A stretch of DNA of 64,000 nucleotides from Antedon mediterranea (lineage: Eukaryota > Animalia > Echinodermata). The position numbers were made by a program, and so were the translations under genes. The notes beneath the pieces were generated by a model. It had not been told where the DNA came from and did no database searches. It worked only from the letters and a program-made list of their open reading frames with translations. The stretch covers positions 39,504,304-39,568,303 of the forward strand of contig NC_092671.1 of assembly GCF_964355755.1 (NCBI RefSeq), read 5' to 3'. Every line of letters begins with the position of its first letter. Positions within the stretch are counted from its first letter, which is position 1. This document shows positions 12,401-24,578 of the stretch, piece after piece.

Positions 12401-15400
12401 TGCTAAATATTCATAATCGATCCGCCAGGTTGCATAAAAATAGTAATTATTTTATAAAAAAAAGATATGGCTGTTAGTGTTAAATTTTAGGGAGGGATGG
12501 GGAGAGGGGCCTAAATCCGCTCCTGACCACTTACTGAATATAGTAGTAGTGCTGTTCTATAGTTAGAGAATGACCGCTTACTAACTGTACATTATACAAG
12601 CCAAAATTTGCAAACCCAACTCCACATTTGGCATCAATTTTCTGAGATGGAAGATCGTTTATTTTTTTAATTTATTTTTTGATTTGAGAAACTAACAATT
12701 AGTTTCCTAATGAAATGTTAAATTACATCATCAAATTAAAAGATTCTTATGTTCCCACAGAAAATGTCCTTGTTTAAGTACATTTTTACACTGATTAACT
12801 CGCCAAATTAATGCTACACTAGTTTTTACGTAAAACTATAGACAATAGAGCCAGTAGAGTTCTTTAAAACAATACTTGCCATAGTCACAGATGGACAAGT
12901 TGGTGTGGCTGGCTGGCGACTTGGCATGCTAAATATTCAACAACATCAACGCGTGACAAGATCAATAGAGACGAATAGATAGATAACACCAAGGGATTTT
13001 GCACTTGAGGCAATCAAAACATGCGAATCCCTTGCCAACTTCCCCCTTACTATTGATCGATTGTACACTAGTATTGCATGATAGTACGAGTACCCTATTT
13101 AATTTTACTGAATTCTCCCAATGTAAAAATTACCAGCTTAAGATAATCGCATGGTGATGGCCTAAAATAAATCAATATACTGTAACGTGAAGGTGGAGAC
13201 AAAAATAATAAAATCCTTGAAAAATATAGAATTTATTTTATCACAACGGAACAATATTGTATGTACAGCTATAAATGTCAGTATACTGTAATATCTTTCT
13301 TTATTGATAAACTATTGATAAACTATAGTATTATTAAAATTTAAAGTCAATAATTTATCAACATTTTTTATACAGCAGAAGTGCTATTAGTATTAACTAA
13401 AATGACAATGCAGTAATAAAAGAGTGTATTTTAAATCCAACACTAAACTGTCTTTAGAATAAATGCGGTATTGTAAAAAGATGAACAGATAAATTCCTAA
13501 TATAATTGTTTGGTGATCAGTGACCAGTCTACCAATGATTAATAAAGTGTACAATGACATTGACAATATATTTATCAACAAAATACAACAGTATTGTCTG
13601 TTAGAGAACTTGGTATCCTGTCTATTTGGATTAGTTTACATTTTGTATTTATTTTAAAAAATAATTGTACAAATAGCTGATAAAATAAAGTGTCAAAACA
13701 TAATTTGGAATACAGGCAAGTAAGAAAAAAATCTCAAAAAAACACCTGTAACCACTCAATGTACATCAGGAGCATGTCATGACACAAAAGAGCCGCTGGG
13801 TGTAAGAAGTACCATGCACCGTCAATGCAACATGCAATACATTTTTCTACTCAATACATCTGACCTGCTTTGAAATAAAGTAATTGGCTGAAAAAGCATT
13901 ACCTGAGCTAGCTGAGATATAAAATTCATCTGAAGCAACCGGATTATTACAGTATGCTGCTGCTCATGATAAACCTTTCTAGCAAATATTGCACTCAAAA
14001 GATTTTAGGTGTAATTGTACTGTACTTAAAAATTATTTTTAAAGATTTCAAGTATAACTATAATTTTTCCTCTGTTTTATGATGATGTGATATTGATAAT
14101 TTATCAATACTGTATATTAAAAAATGATGATGAATCACTATATTTTCATGTATTACTGTACAACAAAAAAATATGTTCCACCTTCACTTTTTTGCAATTT
14201 TGACTAAATATTTTTATTTTTTTGCTTGCATGTCCATGTATTTGATAAAGACAATGAAACAGGAAGCAATGACAATAACAAATTAGTTTGCTAATTAAAA
14301 TGTAATTGTTTATAATTAGTGGAAACCAACTAATATGTCAAATATAGTTTCATTCTGCCTGAAGGCATGTTGTTTTGTCAAATCATATTCAATAAATCCT
14401 TAAGCTCTGTCTACACTATCAAACTTTATGTGATAAAAAAAATGTGATGTGCCCATATATTGACATGATGATGTCATATCACTACCATATTTGAGTATAT
14501 CACTACCATATTTGGGTATATCACTACCATATTTGGGCACATCACACTTTTTTTTTGTCAAACCATGGACCTACTGTATAGGTCCATTGTCAAACTAGTT
14601 TGATAGTGTAGACATAGTAAGTTTAGCATGGTATATACAGTACGTGAGCTACAGTATGATGGGAGTAAAGTCAAAATGACTGGTCTGAGACCGATACTAA
14701 AAACCACTGAGCTGCTGCAGTAAAGAGACTGTTACTTGACATACTGCACTACTGTAGCACGATTGCTGTCAAATGAAACAAACAGTTTAATCAATTAATA
14801 CTCTTGTCCAGGTTTTTATTATTTAACAAACAATAATATAATCTCTTTGAGAATCATTAGTACTAAAAATAACTAGAACTATTTATTTCTTTTTCAATTA
14901 TCAATATTGCTAACATTACATCATTTTGTCAGTTATGAAATATGCACTGACACAGTGGGACACCAGACTGGAATTCAAAGCTGGTCCAGTGTCCATATCA
15001 GGTGGTAGTGTTCAACTATGAAATGCCAAAATGGACAAAATACAAGTGCAGTGCAAAAGCCATATCTTGCAGAAATCTTAATTCAAAGCATGTAGTAGTA
15101 TTGTTTGTACAATCTATTCTTTTTTGTTTTGAGGTGTTTTCTTGAATGATCAAAACGATCTATTCTTTTTTGTTTTAATCAATCAAAATCAATTTATTCT
15201 ATTAAACTAAGATGTCATTAAAAAGTTATGGAAAAGGGAACTAAAAAGACCACTAAAAAACAATAAGGTAATAGTACCCTGTGCTGTAGCACCATGTACT
15301 TTTACTCTAAGGTCCAAAATTCTAGAATGCATGATGTACTGAACATATCAAAAACTTATATGGATTTCTTGACACACTAAGAAGAACATTACTGGAATTG

Positions 15401-15965
15401 AAAGAGCAAGCAGCTATAAGCATACTGTAGAGTATTAAAAATGATCAAAAAAATGGAGTACATTCGTCAGTTTAAACTACTGTATGTCCAAGAGTTGAAA
15501 CTATTGTCACCTGAAATGACAAAATATATAGTGCCTTTTGGACCAAGACTTAAGCATGATCTATATTACTTAGCATGAAGAATGGTTTATCTTTATCATG
15601 ATCATCATTTCATACCGAATCAACCAGAAACCATCTTCAAGATTTTGACGAAACATCACTTTGTTCTTGACATCACAAAGGCGATCTTTGCTCAGTGCTG
15701 TGTTAATTAAGAAATTAAACAAGTTAAATTTGTCTAAAAAAAATGAATTGAGGCTTGAGTTTCAAAACATGATTAGTAATTTACACAGGAAAACTGACAA
15801 TTATTCATTAATTAAAGACCACACACAAGTAGAAGTGATGTTAATCAGAAGCTTGTGATATGAAACAGTAAGCAGACAATTAGTTGAGTTGTTAGTGAGC
15901 AACGACAGAAAGTGAATAGGAAACTAAAACAATTAGTGTAGAAATGACCGTATTTGTATCAAAGA

Positions 15966-17507
15966 AAACAATACTTTGTTTATGTACATTATAAACAACA
16001 ATACTGTACTTTGTTTATGTACAGTACATTATAAACAACAATACTGTACTTTGTTTATGTACAGTACATTATAAACAACAATACTGTACTTTGTTTATGT
16101 ACAGTACATTATAAACAACAATACTGTACTTTGTTTATGTACAGTACATTATAAACAACAATACTGTACTTTGTTTATGTACAGTACATTATAAACAACA
16201 ATACTGTACTTTGTTTATGTACAGTACATTATAAACAACAATACTGTACTTTGTTTATGTACAGTACATTATAAACAACAATACTGTACTTTGTTTATGT
16301 ACAGTACATTATAAACAACAATACTGTACTTTGTTTATGTACAGTACATTATAAACAACAATACTGTACTTTGTTTATGTACAGTACATTATTAACAACA
16401 ATACTGTACTTTGTTTATGTACAGTACATTATAAACAACAATACTGTACTTTGTTTATGTACAGTACATTATAAACAACAATACTGTACTTTGTTTATGT
16501 ACAGTACATTATAAACAACAATACTGTACTTTGTTTATGTACAGTACATTATAAACAACAATACTGTACTTTGTTTATGTACAGTACATTATAAACAACA
16601 ATACTGTACTTTGTTTATGTACAGTACATTATAAACAACAATACTGTACTTTGTTTATGTACAGTACATTATAAACAACAATACTGTACTTTGTTTATGT
16701 ACAGTACATTATAAACAACAATACTGTACTTTGTTTATGTACAGTACATTATAAACAACAATACTGTACTTTGTTTATGTACAGTACATTATAAACAACA
16801 ATACTGTACTTTGTTTATGTACAGTACATTATAAACAACAATACTGTACTTTGTTTATGTACAGTACATTATAAACAACAATACTGTACTTTGTTTATGT
16901 ACAGTACATTATAAACAACAATACTGTACTTTGTTTATGTACAGTACATTATAAACAACAATACTGTACTTTGTTTATGTACAGTACATTATAAACAACA
17001 ATACTGTACTTTGTTTATGTACAGTACATTATAAACAACAATACTGTACTTTGTTTATGTACAGTACATTATAAACAACAATACTGTACTTTGTTTATGT
17101 ACAGTACATTATAAACAACAATACTGTACTTTGTTTATGTACAGTACATTATAAACAACAATACTGTACTTTGTTTATTTACAGTACATTATAAACAACA
17201 ATACTGTACTTTGTTTATGTACAGTACATTATAAACAACAATACTGTACTTTGTTTATGTACAGTACATTATAAACAACAATACTGTACTTTGTTTATTT
17301 ACAGTACATTATAAACAACAATACTGTACTTTGTTTATGTACAGTACATTATAAACAACAATACTGTACTTTGTTTATGTACAGTACATTATAAACAACA
17401 ATACTGTACTTTGTTTATGTACAGTACATTATAAACAACAATACTGTACTTTGTTTATTTACAGTACATTATAAACAACAATACTGTACTTTGTTTATTT
17501 ACAGTAC
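15966..17507. repeat. 40-bp tandem satellite, ~37-38 copies
   Basis: Unit ATAAACAACAATACTGTACTTTGTTTATGTACAGTACATT; copies are almost identical, with a G>T variant near the right end. Confidence 0.98.
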
Positions 17508-20500
17508 AGTACCGGTATTATATATTCTTTGTCAAAACTCTGTACAAGATAAAAACCTACAGTACAAGTACTCCATCAAACAAGGGAAGAGTGAAATCAA
17601 ACTCTGTGAAGTAAAATCTTAATCCTAGCTGGTTTTTGTTTACATTACCAGTAACAGCCATTGGGTATTTCCTGAACTTGTTCTGGAGGAGGATCTTCCA
17701 TTTTACTCAAGTGCTGTACAGCATACAATATTTTATTTTTGCTGTTCAGCACACTATATATATAGTTAATTTGTTCAAGTTCAAGGACAGACCTGAACTA
17801 ATTGCATATTGTTTCCATTTATTAACAGACTATTGCACATGTGGTATGATTTATGTATCTTGTAATACGATGAGGATATTATTAACAGAATGAAACTGTA
17901 ATATTGTACATCAAAGAAAAAATAAATAAATATGCAGCTTTACTGATTGTAGTTACTGTAAAGCTCTGTCTACACTATCAAACTAGTTTGACCAAAAAGT
18001 GTGATGTACCCAAATATGGTAGTGATATACTTAAATATGGTAGTGATATGACATCATCATGTCCATATGGGCACGTCACATTTTTTTTGGTCACATATAC
18101 TAGTTTGATAGTGTAATTTTTAATTTAAATTTATTTTACAGTAACCAGAAGTGACTGTATGCATTGCTATCTACAACAGAAGAGCGTTGGGTTTATCGCA
18201 CATCATCTGCATGCAAATAATGTTGTCGTCAATTTAAAGTAATTCAATAAAATGTGATAATTTCACTTTCCGGGCTCACTTTAAGGAATCACTACTTCTA
18301 CCTGACTGACCACAAGGAGATTTCAGTGGTAATAAAGAAATATCCAAAATTGTTATTTTGTTTTCTCCTTCTTCTAAGGGATCTGAAGGATAAAGGATAT
18401 TTTACTTTCAATGACCTTTGACATGACGTCGTAACAGATACAATGTCGCCACATCTTTTACAGTAACCTCCACGGTTACACTCAGTACTATTTAAATGTT
18501 GGTACTGCCCTATGTGTGACCTTTCATTTACACAACATGCATCTGTCTAGCATGTTCTAAAATCTAGTGTACAAATGGAAAACTGGATCATAGAAAATGC
18601 GATTTAAACCTAGAGTTGAAAAATATCAATTTTCACTGAGAATTTGGAATACTGTAGCTTCTTCATACTGTAAAGGTCGGTCGTTTGCTTTGTAAACGCT
18701 AGTACTGTATTGTGTAGTATATTATGCTGTCTGTGGTATTAACTAAAAACTTATTTACTGAAATGCAACACAGAAACGCTATTATCAACACTAAGGGGTG
18801 TGGAAAGAATGACTAAGGTGACCATGAGATGTGACAAACACATTGCTACATTTGTTATTTTATTGTGTCTTAATAATACTAAAATGAACTTGAGAAAAAG
18901 GTCTTTAAATTAAATAATTGTTTTACAGTTGACAAGGTTAACAAAATGTTCATTAGTTTTAATTGACTCACTGATTATCAACAGCAAAAAAAGTAAATTA
19001 TTAATAGTTTACATTTAATGGAGGCTAAGCCCAAATGAAATGATTTTTTAAAACCCTTTTTAGGCTAAAACTGTAGATAAATAATTATTTTATATTCCAA
19101 TATTTTAAATTACTTTTCTGATTAACTGTATACAGTATTAGCAATTATAAAAACATAAACATTTATTTTAGCTACTACTAGTACTAGACTACAGTATTCT
19201 ATCATATGAGAGTAGTACAGTATGTATGAACATTTATAACTAATGAATATTCACGATATTAATAAAGAAAAATAATTCTGTACATGGTAATCTTGGGTAC
19301 AGTATTATGGATTTACTTGGGAATTTCTCAAATAATGTGGTGAATATAAAGGATTTAAAATGTATGTTGTTACCGTCAATTAGATTCTTTTGCAATTAAT
19401 TGTTTGTAATTTGCTATAATTAATTGGGCACATAAATATATTTGCTTTGGATTAAAGAAGTTGTTGGGCATTTACTGGTACTTGGTATCAATCCTTGACT
19501 CATATTAAACTTTACATCCTATCTCAAATATTATCGAACAAAAGGAGCCAACGGCCATTCCAGCATGTATTGCAACACAATGACTGGTCATTTGTATAGC
19601 ACCAGCGTACTAATAGAGAAAACAAAGTACTCCATCAACTATTAAGTCTGGTATGAACTATTGTGCGAGTGGAGCTAGCTAGAGGCCAAGGTTTATACTT
19701 AGTTTGAATAATTATTAACTGAATAATTTACTTTTCTCCATTGTAAACATTTTGGTGTTGCTTGCAGTAGACACTAGGGTGAATTAAAATTTATTTTATT
19801 TATTTCATTTTCTGCCATACAATACATAAGATTAAATGAAATATAAAAGGCAAGGAAAGACCAAACGGGTGCTAAACACCTAGGCTATGCTAGTTGGTCA
19901 ACCCAAAACAGTGCACAGAAATAAACAAAATATTACATTACTACAATTAAAGTGACCAACTACAAACATTTTCAACATCAACATTATTTAAAATGTCACT
20001 TTACACAGAATTTAGAAGGTACTTATCAATAAATACCAGTAGTAGTTTTTAAAACAATGATGACATCATTTATTATCAAATTCCAGCAGGTGGAGTCTCA
20101 TCCATTATTGATTTTATCTACTTTGCATTTGGTATAAATCATTGAACAATAGTCAAATTGTTATTTGTTTCATGGATTTTATATCGTTTTACTAAAATTT
20201 TGTCATGCATTAATGTGTGGGATGAGCAATTGAATTGTTGAATGCACTCAATATATCTGTATTTCAGTTCCAATGTCAACTGAAAAAGCATCTTTAACTA
20301 TCAACTAGGTGTAGTACCCGTGCTACGATAATATCCTCACAATGCATCAAAACAACCAAATACAAAGTATTTAGCTATGTGGGCAGTATTACTTGGGTTA
20401 CTTAGTATATCTAAGGAGACCACATGTCCATCATAAAGGTTACTATCTAGAACAGGAATAAAGAGATTATGATCTTCCTATCATTTAGATTTAATTATTT

Positions 20501-20893
20501 TACCAAATGTAGCCACAAAGCTGAAACTGAATCAGGAAGGAACATTCCAAAAACGATAACACTGACACAGTTAAAATGGAATATTTTGAAAAATTACTTT
20601 ATCATTATAACACTATTAGCGCATGTGGTAGCGGTGTGAATGGCAGGCTAGTGAGCTAGAAGTCTTGGGTTCGAGTCCTACTGGAGAACAACCATAATTT
20701 GACCAATTACTAGTTCTAGTAGTAATACAATTAAATTACAATCCTACAATAACATATTTGTGTCACAAATGTAAAAAATTCTGTAGGCCTACATTATATT
20801 TACAATATTTAAATGTAGTCACATACTGTAGTTAGGCCTAGTCGTAGAAAAACAAATAATTGTCAATAGGTTTGGTCTGAATAATATTTTTTA

Positions 20894-21978
20894 CGCCGTG
20901 GTTAGGATTCCGGCACCGGAACTCAACTGCCCAGCGTTAGGGAATCCGACACGCTATTGCGCATGCCCAGAGCGAGGTAATCGGCGACTCTATACCACCT
21001 ATCAACAACAGCGATGGATCATTTCATAGCTGCGCCACACACGGCAAACTAGTCTAGATGCCTACTAATACGGTATCCACTAATCTAGGCTAGGGTTACC
21101 AGTTAGACGTGACCAGTGGGCCTATTTATTTTTTAATTAAATAGTGGTTGCTTCATTCATATATAAACTTCATATCATTATGAATTATATAATTATATGA
21201 CTAGTTTTATGATTTTTCATAACGCATTATACTGTACATAACAACATGCAATCACAAGTTGATTTGTTGACGGCAGCCACCGCGTGGATGTGAAAACTGT
21301 TCGGAAAGTCAGGGTCGCAACGCTAAAAACAGCATTACGATTCTTAGATAGATACTGATACTTATTAATATCATTATAATTATTTTAACGCGTGGCGTAG
21401 TCGTATTTTAATTATTAATTCATGTATGGCATAGGCCAAGTTTCATCCATCGCTCTCTCGCTCGCGCAACGACTATCTAGGCTACAGTAAATCCCTATAA
21501 CACTCCGACTCTCGGTGGTGTGGTGTGTGTGGCATTCTATAAGTGCAAGCAAAGAACTTATAACACAAGAATCTCCTGTTCTTCAATTTGCATTCAAAAC
21601 ACAGTATCGGAAGTACAGGGTTAAAAGGTCAAACTGGGCGACGCCATTTCACAGCATGGAGCAGCGCCCCCTCCAAACTAGGAAGTCAATTACTCTACCC
21701 CTCTAGAGTATTAGCAGATCCCCTCTATGATTTTGACTTTCTAATTTGATGCGGGCGCCCTACTCCATGGCTCACAATGGCGCCACCCATAGCTCTATTC
21801 TATCCCACAATGCCTTTCGAAATTGTTACGCGCTTCGGACGAACAGGAGATTCTTGTGTTATAAGTTCTTTGGTGCAAGCTATAATTCACTTCCCAGAGC
21901 TATGAGCATGCGCAATAGCGTGTCGGATTCCCTAACGGTGGGCAGTTGAGTTCCGGTGCCGGAATCCTAACCACGGCG
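20894..21978. mobile_element. Non-autonomous DNA transposon with ~75-bp TIRs and TA TSD
   Basis: CGCCGTGGTTAGGATTCCGGCACCGGAACTCAACTGCCCA... at 20894 is the near-perfect reverse complement of the sequence ending at 21978. TA lies on both sides. No transposase ORF inside. Confidence 0.85.
21550..21872. mobile_element. Non-autonomous P-element-like MITE nested in the TA-TSD element
   Basis: A perfect ~31-bp TIR CAAAGAACTTATAACACAAGAATCTCCTGTTC with the 7-bp TSD GTGCAAG at 21543-21549 and 21873-21879. Confidence 0.75.
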
Positions 21979-22474
21979 TATTTTTTATTAATACTTCTTC
22001 AATAAACGTAATGATATGAATATAATAATAAAATAGATTCATCATGGATCAATGGATTCAATTCATAAAGGAGCACCCGGCAGAAAGATGAGGTTGGAAA
22101 GAAGGACCGGTCTATTTCATCATGTATTGTCCAACCAAATCAACATAATTCATTAAACATAGATAGCACATCACTACTTTTTATACATCATAAAAATTAT
22201 AGATCATAGTTTATGGACCTATCTAAATCTTTACTTCTTATATTACAGTAATACGTTGATTAATAAAACTGTTTGCCGAATTCAAATTTGAATTTCCTTA
22301 TCTTGTTGAACAGCAGGTCACCCACTCCTCGAATAAAAAATAAAAATCAGTATCAGAACAACGTCGACTGGGCGGGTTATCTTTCCAGGATCATATCATT
22401 CTCCATCACCTAAAATATAATCTGGTATATAAGATGATAACTGAGTACATTAGATAAAGTAGAAAGTATCTTAC

Positions 22475-22620
22475 CTTCAAAATATAAAACTTATTTATCA
22501 GTAGCTCCAAAAATTTAAATTGGCGAACACAGGGTACAACCGTAATGTTCAAACCGGTAGTCGATGTCGTCGGTCGTATATACCGGAAGTGACATCATTC
22601 CCGTAACCGGAATTTTAGAG
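22475..22620. promoter_or_regulatory. Candidate promoter and non-coding first exon between the divergent DLGAP-like and TRIM genes
   Basis: A locally CpG-rich patch with the ETS-type motif CCGGAAGTG (~22584) and further CCGG(A/T) sites. A minus-strand donor (AAG|GTAAGA at 22475/22474) and acceptor (22410) define a possible 65-nt intron. Confidence 0.4.
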
Positions 22621-22679
22621 GGCAGTAGACCAATTATTTAGTATAGCAATTTATTTCATCGTCGCTATCTTTTTATGCA

Positions 22680-23132
22680 AAGTTAAAATCAAAGCCGGAT
22701 CTTGAAAAGATTTTACTTGATAAAACAAATTTTAATGGTGCCCGTCTTAAATTTCAAGCCCGTTCCAATACTCTCCCTTTAAATTTTAAATTAAGTAAAT
22801 GAACCGTGGATAATGATGGCCTCTGTCCATTATGTAACTCTGGAAATATAGAGGACATATCTCACTTTTTATTTAGTTGTGATACATTACAATGTGTAAG
22901 AGAAGAACAGCTAAATATACTTAAACAAGACTTAATTTTTCATAACGAGTTAGATGTTTGTGAAACATTCTGCACCAGTAATAATGACGAAAAAATGTTA
23001 TATGTTCTGGGGACGGATACACTTCCCGTCAGTAATAATGTTCTATTGAGTCTTGACAAATTTTGTAAAGTATACCTAACAACATCATGGAAAATACGAA
23101 ACAATCTTATACAACTCGCAGATAGCATGTAA
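22680..23132 (+). mobile_element. 5'-truncated non-LTR retrotransposon 3' end (ORF2 C-terminal zinc knuckle), degenerate
   Basis: ARLKFQARSNTLPL...(stop)...CPLCNSGNIEDISHFLFSC...W..R is a typical post-RT CCHC motif. An in-frame stop lies just upstream of the ORF. Confidence 0.75.
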
Positions 23133-24578
23133 TGTTTTTGTTTTGTTGCGGTATAGAGATCTTTTTATTTTGAGTTTTTAATATTACTATTTTTAAATTT
23201 TGGTACAATATTTTTTTCAATAAATTATTATATTTCATGGATTTATCGTAAGACTACCAATCTCAATTCATTGATTTTTGGATCAAAGATGTTTAATGAT
23301 TGGATATAATAAATTTAATCGATCTATTAAAGGTATTTAATTTGAATAAACTTGATGGGTAGGTGTACTATAAAAATAACAAATACAAAATACACACATT
23401 AAATATAAGGAAAAATATTCAAACTAAACAATACACAGTGAATTTAAATTAGTTTTTAAACTAGGTTGGATCTAATAACTTTAATCGATCTATTACAAGT
23501 ATTAGAGTGAAACTATTCCCTGGTCTGACAAGCAAGCATGTGTTATTAGCCTATGAGTGGGTTGATTTTTTTTACAGAATACAGAATCTATTATTGGTCC
23601 AAAAGGAAATTTGTTTTGTTGACAAGCTCAAACAATTATAAATATATAAAAAAGTCTTGAATACGAAACATACTAAGTGTAAAATAAAAAAAAGTATTTG
23701 TGTTTTATAAATGGCAAGAATTTAGAACAATTGAATACTTTGGGAATTGATCGGGAAAGGATTTAAAAAGGGGACTGTTTGGTATTGTTTTTTTGGTTTT
23801 GTGTACGGCCCATCATTTAGCCACTTACTTTTCATGAGTGCTACCATGGAACTATCGGAACTATAATAGTTCCATGGTGCTACTCACAGGGTTTATAATA
23901 TTATTATTTTTATAGTGGGCGGCATTCAAATAAGGCTCTAAAAAAATTATACTTGAATGCCGCCCTCTATAAAAATTAATCAGCTGGATTTTTGTTGTTG
24001 AAGAAAACAGAGAAGGATGTTTGTTTTTAATAAATATCTCTCGGTTTCTGACCAGATGAATTGGTTTTCTTTCTCATGTTTTAACATTATGTAATTCGGG
24101 GCATTGATTTATATATTTATTTAATTCTAAACCAACATTACAGTAAGTGTTTAGCTAGCCTGGCCCTATTTGTAATGTACTACTACTACTGTACTCAGCC
24201 AGCCAGGCCTCCTCATTCTCAACCTCACTCTCAGTGCACTCATCAGTCACAGGAGTCCTTCACTCTACTCTACTACACTAGGGCCGGCCTAGGCCTACTA
24301 ACTACTACTATTCGGAGCACAAACAACAACTAAAAGCCTAAAGGAAGCCAACATAGTAACATACCTAGCCTAGGCCTAGTACTACTTATACAGTACTAGA
24401 TTTATGCCTGTCTGTATGAAGTTTTTGTGGAAACCTTCAAATGTATTTAATTAAAATGTTTTAAAATTATTGTTAAATTAAATTTGCCATTAGTTACTGA
24501 ATATTTTGTTTTGTTTTAACACTCAATATCTACTTACTTTGTCTTGTAGAATATTATAGGTACATTACAAGTTAGAAG

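Noticed and set aside
11687-17507. 55-bp and 40-bp arrays as possible CRISPR arrays
   Set aside because: Units are contiguous and identical with no unique spacers, there are no cas genes, and the context is eukaryotic.
20620-20690. Possible tRNA gene (B-box GGTTCGAGTCC)
   Set aside because: No convincing acceptor stem or cloverleaf; better explained as a decayed SINE head.
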